From positions 33,666,001-33,730,000 of the forward strand of contig JBHGNT010000001.1 of NCBI GenBank assembly GCA_043228905.1: 64,000 nt of DNA, read 5' to 3'. The stretch is from Azolla caroliniana. Lineage: Eukaryota > Plantae > Polypodiophyta. Positions 27,337-39,759 of the stretch are shown piece after piece. The notes below the pieces were generated by a model. That model searched no databases and was not told the origin of the DNA. It saw only the letters and a program-made list of their open reading frames with translations. The translations under genes were made by a program, and so were the position numbers. The stretch's first letter is position 1. Each line of letters begins with the position of its first letter.

Positions 27337-30300
27337 TTAAAGTTCATCATGGAAAGCAACATTGTTTATCACAACTGCAGATTTGGGCCGAAAATGCTCA
27401 TCTGTGTCCACTTCTTCTATTTCCTGAAGTACATACCACAATTAGTACGCAATAATAGTAGGAGATAATAACCATGAAAGACGCTATATCACAATCAGCA
27501 AAATAGTTAGTAGCATTTGTTTCTTTGTGAACAAACATCTATTGGAAAGATAAAAATACCTGAACAACATCTGCTCCTCGCACCACTCGACCAAAAACCA
27601 GAAGTTTATCATCCAAATGTGGTATAGCAGTTGTAGTTATGTATAGTTCAAATCCCTCTGAATCAGAACGAGATTTTGATGTTGCTAGCGTAAACGGCTC
27701 ATGCTTCAAACTGCATATATAGCACAATGGTGGAAACACTCTCTTAGTTCTCCCTACTTGGAAATGAAATAGCTAACCCATATTTTATACATAACACATG
27801 TATTTTATATATATACATGTATATATTGTGTGTTAACTATATATATAGTTACTCTATATATGCAATACTGTTCCTACTTCCAATGATCATACCTTGCTTC
27901 AAGTTCATCATTCAGATGACCAACTTGTGTCCACTCCTCCCTTGCTCCTGCCTTTTCTGGATCCCCCCCTTGAATCATGAAATGCTTGATGACACGATGA
28001 AAAGTTAAGCCATCATAGTAGCCCTTCTCACTGCATGAGAGCAGCAAATATTAACTGTCAGTATAACATGCAAATCAATTCAGTCACACCCTTCCAAATC
28101 CAATATCACTTTACAGTTTACCTATATTTTACGAACTGCTTCACCGTCTCCAAAGCTCCTTGCAATGAGAGCTGCACACTTATGGATCCTTTCGTAGTAT
28201 TCAACACCTGTTTTCATTTGTGATGAAGATGTCTCGCAAGAAAGTCAGCATGCATTTTTCTGTGTACCAAATGATCATGAGTATAAAAAGCACCAAATTT
28301 TACCGCATAACGTGGCGCTTTACCCAGTTTATGTCCATGTCCAAATCCAAAGGTGTCTTCATCCTACAAGACAGCATTGTTAGATCACAGAACCAAAAAT
28401 ATCCTTTTATGAAGATTGTTGGCAACAGTATTTCACTTCAAATGAGTTGATTATAATATTTTCTAGGAGCCCAGCTTCAAGGCATAATCTTTAAATGTGA
28501 TTAATAGCAAAATAATATTAGCATTACATATATTATGAAATGTATATGAAGCAAGTACAGTGTAATATAGTTCATTTTCTGACTAAAGGTGCCATCCTTC
28601 CAAGCTCGGGGGTACTTAGAGGAACAAAGTGTGTCACATCTAGACTAAGGAGGGATGTAACCGTGACACCCAAAATAGAACATGCCAGATCAGAACAAGT
28701 AGCTCCTCCTATTGACTTATTTGAAACATGTGAAAAATGACATCATGCTTGTTGACAAAATGATCGCCATCTGAGGTAGAAATAGTATGCATGGTGATGA
28801 TCTCCAGAGCTTTTTGTGAAGCTTTCTTCAGGTATTTAGGAGAAATTTTGGTGGTTAGTCTATCTAGTTTTGGCTAGGATTGAGATAGTTTTAAGCTAAG
28901 GTTTGGTTACCACACATCTCAATAGCCATGTTCCAGCTTCCACAAGGTCAAAGATATATGATGAAACAATTCACTAATGCTGAAAAGGTTCTAGTTTTCA
29001 CTGTTCAAGATGGGTGGTAAGCTACAATATGAGCTCTTTTATTGGCAACTGTGGTGAACCAGATGCCTACTATGAGCTACTACCTGCTTCAACTTTCTGA
29101 GCTAAGATTAAGATTTATTTGGATATATGATCCTAGTCATATACCATTTTTACAAGGGTTTTTTGATTAAACGAAATACTCCAGCAAGTTATAATACCAG
29201 CTTTAGGACTTGACAACATATGATTAAGTGCATTTTACGTCATTATTCCTGTGGTAGAAATGTAAGTTACTGACGTTCATTTTTCTCATCAGTTTGAGTT
29301 GTATTATGAAATAATCAGGTGATCATCCTTTGACTTGAAGTTGTAAATCTTATTCCAAACATTCTTTAGCTTTAATTCTTATCTAGCTGCTTGAAAGTTG
29401 AAACTTCACTATTTGTATCTCATTAAATAAAAGCAAAAGACATTTTTTGGGACAATTGAGATCAAATAGGATGTTTACCTCAAATAGAAATCGAGAGTCG
29501 ACATGACCACCATCCCTAAGATCAACAAAAATAGTGTTAAAAAAATCTCTCCTCATTGGAGTGTGTGTGTGTGTATAGAGAGAGAGATCTATCTGTCTGT
29601 TTACGTAGATTGATTGTGCCAATATAGAAATCGTAATAACTTCAATCAAGAAATGTGAAAACAGGACAAATGTCAATATATTTAACTGTTAATAGGAGTG
29701 CTAATAAATTTTACGTTATATTATGTAGGAATGGCCGCCATCATCCATATACCTTCATATACAAGCATGTGTACATTAAACAACATGCTAAAGTCGTATC
29801 CATTAAGATGAATCTTCACAATAAAAGATTACCACTATTGCCTTTATAATAAGAAAATGTAAATCAAGTGAAAATCCTAAAACCACCAATTCCGTGGAAT
29901 CTTCAGAACAGAAAGACATTACTATTTCTTCCACACCAAGGAAACGCACATCAAAGATAGACAGCTGAAAACTATCTGTTTTCTAGGAGACTCGTCACAA
30001 GAAAACAAGTCTAGGATAAACTATGGATCTGAATTCACAAAAAAAAAGGAAAGCACTTGATGCATTTGAAGTCATGCATAGTACCGGATGCGTAAAAGTA
30101 TTGACAAGGGGTATCGATGATGATGGCTCGTCCATGTTTTGCATACTATCTCTTTGTTTCATGTTTTCACGTGTTATTTCTTATTTGCGCGATTTTAAAA
30201 ATCTAAAGCTTCGTTCTTTTTTTGTTCTTTTTTCTCTTTGTTTCCATGTTTTGCATGATATCTATTTGGTTCATGTTTTGGGGGGAGGGTGTCAAATATA

Positions 30301-30487
30301 GCATACGGAGAAGCGAATGGAGTTCTTACTTGTGAGCTCTGTGTCTGTGGTGGAGGAGGAGGAGGAGGAGAGCAGAGAGGAGGAGGAAGGCAGAGAGGGA
30401 TAAGACGGTGGGGATGCTGAGGCCACGAGCTGGGCCCTTCTTCTTCTTGCTTTGCTGAAGGAGAGCCTGAGGTTTGATCCTCGCCAT
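27337..30487 (-). CDS. CYP21-4: Cyclophilin CYP21-4-like (membrane-anchored, Golgi type)
   Basis: Exon 30487-30330 encodes [19 protein letters not shown] plus a TM helix (family signature). Further exons: 28363-28304, 28207-28122, 28030-27893 ([14 protein letters not shown]), 27710-27560 ([14 protein letters not shown]), 27423-27337 ([14 protein letters not shown]..stop). One small exon between 30329 and 28364 is required by phase and is not securely identified. Confidence 0.9.
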
Positions 30488-31429
30488 GGCTCGAAAGTGA
30501 AAGAGCGAGCGAGAAAAGGACACTGAAGGAGGGGGGAGAGTATTCTCTCTGCCTTCTGAGGATTTGGATTTCTCTTCCTCTGCCCTTCTTTTTCTTTTTA
30601 CAGAGGGTAACAGGTTTGTCACATCATCACAAGAGGGTATTCTGGTAATTTCCGAAAATTCAGGTGTTACGTAACAATCCACGATCCATCCCGGTGCTTC
30701 CTCCATGAAAAGTTGTCGCCTTCGAAACAAGTTTGCAATGTCTGCCTTTTTTTCTATCCAATGTCAATGAAGGATTGTGGGTGACGATTCTATAAATCAT
30801 CTTCCTAGGGTAGGATATGTGTTGATGCGAGTCATTGTCTACATGCTTCTTCCATGTTTGAATTGCCTCGCATCAGTTTGGCCTTGGCTTGTTGAGATTT
30901 GTGATGGTTGGACCCCCAATAACGTGAGTCATTACTAAATAAATGGAAAATTCAAAGGTTTTTCTCTTTAGTTTTAATGAGTGGAGTGACAAAGGATTAC
31001 TAGTTATTATCAAACGAGGAAGAAGTAGCAATTCCATGTTCATGTGTGTGATTGGATTCTCGAAACCCATAACATGAGGAAACCAAAAATATCGTAGGGC
31101 CTTGTCTTTTTTTTACTCATTAGTGACAAAGGAATCGCTATAAGAATATCATGTTTCCTCGTTGGCTCGTTTTTCCCACTAGTTACTAATAAACTAATGT
31201 CTAGCTTCACTCACAACAACAAATTGGCAATGATAACATACTCTAATGATTACGTCTATATCATTACTAGCATAAGCTGCTAATAAACAAGGTGAAATGG
31301 CTTCCTTAGATTCATTTGTGATGAAATATTAGTGTGATGACAAAATAAGCTACAAGTGTTCACCACACACAAAAGAGCTTAGAGGTGGAGAAACTAATTT
31401 ATAATGGAAGTCTTCAAAGAGAAGGAACA

Positions 31430-32450
31430 TACACTCGAGTAAAAAGAAATTCAATAACAAAAAGAAGGCTCAAATCAATAAATGGCTGAAGTATTAGATG
31501 AATATTTTCCAATGCGCTTAGGAGGGCATTGTGTATGCCCAAACAAAAACTAGGAGTACATAAACCCGAAAAGAGGGTCATCGTGAGCAAGATTTTGAGG
31601 CTCATCTCTTGGAAGACAACGGAAGACAATAGAAGGGGCATCCAATGTTCCCACTTATTGTTGTTCTTGCAATTGGATCTTTAGTTAAGGGCCATTCATT
31701 ATATGTAGCTACCAAGATGGGTGGAGATGAAGTGGATAAAATAGTCATCGAGAAGCTCAATAACTTCTCAATGTGAAAATATAGAATAATCAAGTTATTA
31801 ATGGGATAAGGTTATCGGGAGTACATCGAAGAGGGGAGGTGGGATTTAGATGGGTGTTGCAAAGTGTTCCATGGAGTGCAACATTTAGTTACCCCAGTTT
31901 CGCTAACTCAGAAAACATGCAAGGCCTTGGCATTGGTGAGTGTGTCATGTGTATCTAAGATCACCTTCCCCTTGCCTACTCTTGGATAATGCCTTCATTG
32001 CCCAAGATATACTACCATTCCCTTTGGGCACCTCCAAAGAGCATTCACAATGTTGAGACTAAGTTGGGTCATTGCACGTCTAGTTGGATATGTAGTGCAA
32101 AATTGTTGCCAAATTTTCGACATGAAAGCCCAAGATGAAGGACGAAGGGTTAGAAGATCTCCAAGATGATCCGTTGAAATGTCAACAATGTTGTTTGAAG
32201 CTCGAACATCATCAAAGATGAGACTAAGAGGCATCACTTTGTGACGAACTTCATCTTATCCTGGTTTAGCACATGCCATACCACACCTTCCACCATTCCT
32301 ATTGGAGGGTAATATTTTTGAGCTGGCCTTGTATCAACCTTTCTCCCAATTGAGGTTTATCTACCCCAACTTTTGTCTCCTCTTACACTCCATTAGACAC
32401 TTGCATCCCACGTACTAGTAGATTACTACCAAGTCAAGTGCTTTCCCTAG
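31430..32450 (-). mobile_element. Highly decayed L1-like non-LTR reverse transcriptase remnant
   Basis: Ordered degenerate motifs on the minus strand: AMKALSKSRQGEGD (cf. KAPGPDG region), ILYFHIEK (cf. LDFEKA), NIGCP (cf. RQGCP) and HDD (cf. FADD). Many stops. Confidence 0.4.
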
Positions 32451-32994
32451 GTTTGCTAGAGATTCAGGTGAATTTCTTTGTGTGGAACCAACTACAATGG
32501 ATTCATAATTTTACCAATGCCACACATTCCAATCGGATATCCATACCAATGAGCTGCTAAACTGTAACGAACCCAAAAGAGGAGAGGATTACTCCGGAAT
32601 GCCGAAACCGAAGCTTCGCTTGTTCAAGTATTTCTTCCTCGCAAGCTTCATGTGGCACATGCTCTGATTTAACTAACCCGAAAAATCTCTCATGATCAAT
32701 TCCACAATTCAGAATTCCAGCATTCAGTTTCTTTCTAAATCCTTATGCATGTGCAAAAGTCCTCTTAATCACAACCAGTGTGCTGGGAATGAGTTGCTCA
32801 AGCTGGTCTTCCTTTTACCCAACCCTAGACATACTCTGAATCAAGCAAGCTCACCATTGATTGAATCAAATGAAAATGCTGCATGTTCGGAGCTTGGCAT
32901 TGTGTGTTTGTACAAGTACGGGGAATAAATAAGTTATGATTAACCAAAATAAGTTATTATTTCCACCAGAGAATCAGATTCAAAAGAAAGATCA

Positions 32995-33924
32995 TTAAGA
33001 GTGAGCACTGTTAGATGCTTTGCAGTGAGCTATGGCACTTTGAACAGCATGATGCAGTTCATGCATACAGCCGTTAACACTCGTGTATAAGCTAGCATGG
33101 TGAAGAGATTTTGGAGCAGTGGAACCATCATCCGCTGCATGAAGTGAGCGGCTTTGGTTGGGAGAAGATCTTGTGGGGGATGGCCGGCTGGCGATGGCCA
33201 CCATAGCTTGAGGAGCATGTGAATGTGGATGTGGATGTGGATGATCTGTTATTTCTCCAGGTTCATCGTCATGGATGCCATCCTTCGCCTTGTGATAGTG
33301 ATGCTTCATGGAAGAGGAGACATGGTGAGATCCTTTTAGCTCCCATGCTAATTTCCTCGTCAGGGTACCACCACCGTCCACTGCAGACTCCCCCATCCTC
33401 TTGGCTTCGCAGAGTGGCGGAAGAAACAGCCTCCTTCTTGTGTGGCCTTCTTTACCATCTTCGCTTGCAGCGGACATGCTTTTCTTCGGATCTTTCTGCA
33501 CTCGTCTGTCCTTCCCCGACTCCAAGGTCAGGCTACTCCTGTACCTGTATATAGTCGAGTCCTCGCAAACGCTCGCCTTGCAAGATGCGTTGTGCCATGC
33601 CAGAGCTCGCTGGAACTTGTGGAGGAGGCCGCGGCGCCAAGAGAGACGAGCTCGGCTTGCATTGTTCAGGCAATGGTAGTAGTAGGATGATGAATGGTTC
33701 AATGGCGATGGCTCATTGCTGCTGCTACAACGTAGAGTAGAAGAATCGACGGACTCTGATGTTGAGTTACGATCACTGTTGCTGCTGCTGTTGCTACTAC
33801 TGAAGATGGTGATGGTAGAATCCCCGGTAGTCGTAGTAGTACTGTTGTCTTTACTACACTTGTCAGACTCCCCTGATTCACCACTGAAAGAGCTGGAGAA
33901 GCTTAAATCAGAGTAGGTCGCCAT
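32995..33924 (-). CDS. Membrane-associated kinase regulator (MAKR/BKI1) family protein, intronless, ~309 aa
   Basis: First ATG at 33924 (the ORF track starts at a GTG, 33951). Ser/Thr-rich disordered protein with basic patches, ending in MHELHHAVQSAIAHCKAS, which matches the MAKR/BKI1 C-terminal MEELQxAIQxAIAHCKxS motif. Confidence 0.8.
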   Translation of the reverse strand: MATYSDLSFSSSFSGESGESDKCSKDNSTTTTTGDSTITIFSSSNSSSNSDRNSTSESVDSSTLRCSSSNEPSPLNHSSSYYYHCLNNASRARLSWRRGLLHKFQRALAWHNASCKASVCEDSTIYRYRSSLTLESGKDRRVQKDPKKSMSAASEDGKEGHTRRRLFLPPLCEAKRMGESAVDGGGTLTRKLAWELKGSHHVSSSMKHHYHKAKDGIHDDEPGEITDHPHPHPHSHAPQAMVAIASRPSPTRSSPNQSRSLHAADDGSTAPKSLHHASLYTSVNGCMHELHHAVQSAIAHCKASNSAHS

Positions 33925-33992
33925 CGCTAGCGTGATGATGCCTCTACGCACAGTCTCAGCTTCTCACATCTGTGTTGGAACGAAGAAGGAGA

Positions 33993-34044
33993 AGATGGTG
34001 ATGGTGATGGTGATGGTGATGGTGATGGTGATGGTGATGGTGAA

Positions 34045-34084
<40 letters not shown>

Positions 34085-34170
34085 TGGATGTAGATGGTGA
34101 TGGTGATGATGATGATGATGATGGTGATGATTATGATGATGATGATAGTAATGATTATGATGATGATGAT
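33993..34170. repeat. Compound (GATGGT)n/(GAT)n microsatellite upstream of the MAKR-like ATG
   Basis: Directly visible. It reads as poly-His on the minus strand and poly-Asp on the plus strand. Confidence 0.95.
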
Positions 34171-34406
34171 AAACTAACCAACCAATTAACAAAGAAAAGC
34201 ATGAAAAGCAAGAAGGGAGGAAGAGGAGGGAGGTGTGAACATGGACAAAAGAATAGAAGTGTGAGTGTGAGCTTCCTTTCCTTTGTGGCCTTGCCTCTCC
34301 ATGGTTTTGTTTGGGGTGGGGAGAGGGGGAATTCACTCATTTCGTCCCTCGGTTTTTTTCAGAGCTTTTGCGAATTTTGCAAATTACAAAGACCCCAAGG
34401 CCCTAA

Positions 34407-34450
<44 letters not shown>

Positions 34451-35210
34451 AGGCCCTTGTTGTGACTCGCAACGGCTGCTTGCTAACCTCACTCCCTCCT
34501 CCCCCACCCTCGATAACTACATTTAGCCATGCGATCCGAGGTGCACAGTTTCTCATGCGATTGGGGTGGGGGGGGGCACTCTCCGAAATGCCCTCGTGTT
34601 TATGGTATCTCTCGAGATTTGCTTATTCTTTTGTTATTTCGGATTTCCCCATGTAATGCCCTTGCTCTCAATTTCACCACCACCAACCCCCCTTCCCCAA
34701 AAAAAAAAGAAAAAAAGAGAGAGATCTCTCTATCTCGAGGCCTATTCAAAATTCGCGCCCGAACTTTAACTTTATTGGGTTTACTTTTGTTGCAAACTTG
34801 TGAAGCAAGTTTGCAACATGGGACATCATTTGCACGAACTATTTGTTCTATTATCGTAAACCCTAAAGTAGGCTCTATCTTACTTTCCCGATAACACTAC
34901 GTAAATTTCAAGTGGAGATCAATAAAGTGTGATAAGCATGTAAATTTAACCACTAATGCAAAATCCTTTTGTTGCAACTTGCATTACTTGTGGATATTAT
35001 AAATAGATTTCTAGGAGTAAGATCTGGTTAGGATGAATTAGAGTACAAAGCATGAGATGCAAAAAATGAAGGTACAAAATGGAAACTTCTAATTCCATTC
35101 GTAGCTTTTGTTTTGTTTTCCAAGTTGTTCATACTCATCTCCCTTGCCACCAAGGTAGCTCCACCTTTTGGCTTTGCATGTTGAATGAAGGCAATGTTCC
35201 TCTGACAACC

Positions 35211-35662
35211 TTAAGGCCCCCAAATATTAAGAGTATTCATTCCAATCACCAACCAAGCTAATGAATTTGGCTTTATCTACTTAGGGACTTCGTTTGGAGG
35301 CCCCCATGAATAAATAAAAACTGTGGGAAATGTCAACGACCAATACAAGTATCGTGGGCTTATTTCACTCTTTAAAAAACGTGTGAAGTATCATGGTAGC
35401 ATCCCATTCATCTATCATGATCAACTATACCATTTCTTAAGGCCCCCAAATATTAAGAGTGTTCATTCCAATCACTAACCAAGCTAATGAATTTGGCTTT
35501 ATCTACTTAGGGACTTCGTTTGGAGGCCCCCATGAATAAATAAAAACTGTGGGAAATGTCAACAACCAATACAAGTATCATGGGCTTACTTCACTCTTAA
35601 AAAAGTGTGTGAAGTATCATGGTAGCATCCCATTCATCTATCATGATCCACTATACCATTTC
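35211..35662. repeat. 226-bp tandem duplication
   Basis: 35211-35436 is repeated at 35437-35662 with a few substitutions. Confidence 0.95.
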
Positions 35663-38379
35663 GTGATTCGTACGTATCGGGTCATCATCTTGCTCACTAG
35701 ATGCTCTTTAGGCCATAGGAAGGTTTCCTAAATGAGATGCTTACCCACAATCATGGGATCACCATACCATCCATGATTAATCGTTTGACTTCTTGACATA
35801 ATTTACTCTATGTCTCGCCACACGCTCTTTTTTAGCAATACTTATATCATTAATGGAAAACCTCAATGTGAAAATTTAAAACCCACAAGAAACTAGAAAC
35901 TTGCAATTCTTATAAGCACTCGAATTTAAGGTGAAATGCTCATTGTGCCTCCAAACACACACACGCTTGTATTTTTTATGCATCATCTTGATACCTAACC
36001 AACATCATCCTCTCTCACTAACCTGTATCGCCATTTTAATCACCAAAAAATTTCATTTGCCAATATTTAAAGGCTTTATTTGACTTCTTATTATATTTTA
36101 TAATGGTATCTCACTATAGATGTAACTCCTTTGACAATGTTTAACATAACACCTTTGCCCAAATATTTCTATGCTCTCAAACCTCCCAAGTTCTATTTGC
36201 CATGTTGTACTACTCAAAACCTTTGGTTATGAGATAGTAACAGTAAACATTGTCCTTCCTCAATTCAAAATCCAAGAAAGATTTACGTTTCATCATCTCC
36301 ACATTGGAAGCTGAAAATCTCGCACACAATTGACACTATTGGTTTTGGGCCTTTCTATATTTGTTTGGAAATTGGAGACTACATATCATCCTCTTGCTTC
36401 ATAGGAATTAGAGACCCAACTTCAAGTGTTCGACAAACAAAATTTTCTCGTAAACATTGTCTTTTATATTGAACCATACTTTAAAACTTTCTCTCAACAA
36501 ATGTCTTAAAGCATGACGATTTTTAATTGAAAGTATCTCAAAGATTTTGATACCTTCAATCCAAACAAATTGAATGGAATTTTGAAATAATGCAATCAAC
36601 AATTACACTAGACTCGGATTTTCTCAAACATTATTGTTAACGATACATTTACTCTAAATATCAAACTTGAACTATAAACTCTAAACTATCAACGCTAAAG
36701 TTGAAGACCAAAATCATTTAGACTTGAAGCCTAAACCTTAAGTCATGACCCGTGAATCGTAACCCAACTTCAATTGTTTTGAGGATTTTATTTTTATAAT
36801 TTCTTTGAAGTTTGAACCCCAAGGAAAGTTTCACATAAATCTTTGTATTCGTTCTCGAAGTTTTAAATTCCATAATGTATGCCCTAAATGGCCTATACAT
36901 GATTTTTATTTTGAATATTTTTTGGACTCTCATATTCTCCAAATTTCCAAATTGAATTGGTCCTTTTCACAAAAAAAATCCGTGCTTTCCCACATATCAT
37001 CCCCATTGTTGTTGTGCTCAACACTTATTGACCTTCTTCATTTGGGTTGCACGCATCCTGATAATAACGTGTCACACATTAAGGTTCACAATTTAGGTCA
37101 GGGTATAAAGGCCTCAATCCCCTGACAACTCATAATATAAAACCTCAACATTAAAAATATTGTTTCCAAAATGTAAACCTAGAAATAATGGTATGATTCT
37201 CTAGAGGATGCTAGGTTTTGTCTCAAAAGATAAATCTATAAACATGTTCTTATTCAAGGCATGAAGTTTGTCAACAATCACATACATCCTTCATCTCGTG
37301 GATACAAGCATGAACCATAATAATTAATCACATACATAGTAAGAGTCTAGAGGATTCACATGAGTTGCACTTTTTCTTTATCTGAAAATAACATTTAAGC
37401 TAAAGCATCAAGGGAATATCTAGCACAAGTATTGAGGTAAAAGAAACAAGCTACCAAAAATGGTGCCCATCTCATACACCTACATAAGGGAGATAGCTAT
37501 TGCCTTTATACTGTGTTTTGAAGTGTCTATCTAGGGAATTCCACCAAAAGAACCCTAATGTTCCAATAAGTTAAAAAATTAGCCCACCTATTTGAAAGTA
37601 AAATCTAAAATAACAGTTGATTTAGAGTTCTTAACTTTTGTAAGTATGAGACATTGGCAAGAGATATTTATGTAATGCATGTTTTAATTTGTTGAATGTC
37701 TTTATTAACACTATTGAAAATGTCACCACTCGTGTAGCCTTTATTATGGAGACATCAACATATCCCTTTATAGGTGCATCATTATTTTAAATGATGTCCA
37801 ATTCCTCTGAAGAAGCATAAACTCAATAGTTTCTCTTATCTTTACTGAAGGATAAATGCATAGTAACTCTACAAAAAATGCCGAAAGTCCTCTTATTGAT
37901 AGTTGTGCAATGTTGTGAAGGGGGGTGTGGGAAATGAACCATGGCAAGGGGGTGCACTACCAAAGAATGTGTCCAAGAGACCAATACAAAACAAGCACAA
38001 TGATCCCCAAGCAATAATGTTGGTATTGATACCTTGGGATCTCCTACCATGGAAGTACAACACACGAACACGAACTAGGGGCAGATTTATTTGATCTAAA
38101 TGTTCACCCCTTTGAATGTAACCCTTGAGGCACTTTACATATATTGTGTTAAGTGGGATTATGTGACCATTATAAAAATATCATCTTTCGGTATTTTTAT
38201 GTATGTAGTACTTTATCTTAATCACTTGGAAGAGTTAATTTTCTCAGATTCTTGGTAGTGAGGCTCATCCCTCTATGATGGCTTTAGCTTATATGTAGTG
38301 TGAGTTCATTCACACCTTGAAGATTCAATGGGATCCTTCCATTGGGGCACATCAAGGGCAGCAAAGGATACACAACAAG

Positions 38380-38550
38380 CTTCCCAAATGGTAAGAAGAT
38401 TTATGTACATTCAAGGGTTATTTCAAAAACAACATAGTGCCATTGATCTTGTCATGGGCTGATTATATTGCTACTTTGTAAACTTCAAGAAAGTTCTTGA
38501 TACAATGTTCCATAAGCATCTTTGGAGATGCACAAAAGAACTTGAATATC
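38380..38550 (+). mobile_element. Old LINE RT fragment
   Basis: Translates as ...GLFQKQHSAID...LYCYFVNFKKVLDTMFHKHLW, homologous to GFRKG.TTLDH...CCFVDFRKAFDTVPR of the 51.4-53.8 kb LINE. Confidence 0.6.
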
Positions 38551-38945
38551 AACCCAAAAATCTACCTATTACACTAGTTCTCAAAGTATTTATTTATTGA
38601 TATATATATATATATATATTGTAGAGACATAAGCGTATTGAGAATTTCAAAAAATACGGGTTTTTAGGGATTCTTCAGAAATTGAATTGAAAGTTAATAG
38701 TGTTTTCGTAACTTCTCCACAAAGCATCATTGCACATCTAGTAAAGCAGTGCATATATTTGGATTTTGACTTTGTAGTTTTTGTACCCACTCAATGGAAG
38801 TGAAAAAAGACAAATAAATTTGAGCATAGTTGCATAGACAAAAGGTAACATTAACGATGTAACTCCAAATTATTTCTTTAGATGCAGAAATGTTTTGAGC
38901 TAAGCTACATATTACTATTGCTGTTATTCTTAGCTTACAAGAGAC

Positions 38946-39759
38946 TCATTTACGCTTTGAAGCACGTTTCCCCTGCCCTTTCTTCGGTGGAGCTTTTCCT
39001 TGCCTACGCATTCTCTCTAGTCGATCGATTCGCCTGCAATACAAAAAGAAAATGTCTCCGGCGTTACGACCACATGTACACCACCATGGCATTATTGGCA
39101 TTTAAAAAGAGGTGACAACATTTGTGATGGTTTGATGATAGCCCATGTTCCATCAGCTATCAACTAGTATAGACATTAATGTGATAGATAAACCTAATTT
39201 AACTGGCATTGATATCTAGGTGTTACATAAACAGTCCACATACATATAACCAAGCCAATGCACTGATAACAATGAAAGGATTATCCAAAGTAGTAATGCA
39301 ATAGATAAATCTAATTTAACTTGGCATTTGATATCCAGGTGTTGCATAAACAGTCCCCCATATAACCAAGCGAATGCACTGACAATGAAAGGATTCTCCA
39401 AAAAGTAGTGATGCATTTGACACAGAGTAGCAGTGGGGTCTCCTAAAATTGTGTAGTGCACAAATTTTACTTACCAAACAGAACCAGAGGAAGAAAGAAA
39501 AGAGAAAGGAAAAACGGAAAGAAGGGGCTTACTCTTCTTCTCCAGGTGTGAATCCCGGGAATTTGTTGGCAACGGACTGAGGATACCATTCCAAGACCTT
39601 CCCTCCGATGACCTTGCGTCTCAGAATCTTCCTTCCAGACCTCTGCCCATCCCCTCCTCCTACGGCGTGTCCAAAGATGCGGGCCGATGCCTCTGCTACT
39701 CCCCGCACAGCGGCCGCCTTCAACACTGCTCCCAGAGATCCAAGCCTCAAAGCCCCCAT
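38946..39759 (-). CDS. Mitochondrial small-subunit ribosomal protein mS33 (yeast Rsm27/S27 family), 104 aa
   Basis: Exons 39759-39533 and 39033-38946, GT-AG, 315 nt. Motifs ARIFGH...RSGRKILRRKVIG..VLEWYP and RRQGKAPPKKGQGKR. Confidence 0.9.
39184..39416. repeat. ~117-bp tandem duplication in the mS33 intron
   Basis: 39184-39300 vs 39301-39416, diverged copies. Confidence 0.85.

Noticed and set aside
30900-31335. Possible CACTA transposon end (TAGTG, GTGACAAAGGA repeats)
   Set aside because: No partner TIR or 3-bp TSD could be identified; too degenerate to call.
32990-33008. GAGTGAGCAC matches part of miR156
   Set aside because: Only the miRNA 3' half matches; there is no seed pairing and no hairpin.
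34084-34656. 190-aa plus-strand ORF with poly-Asp
   Set aside because: It starts at GTG and is built from GAT and CT microsatellites antisense to the MAKR-like leader.
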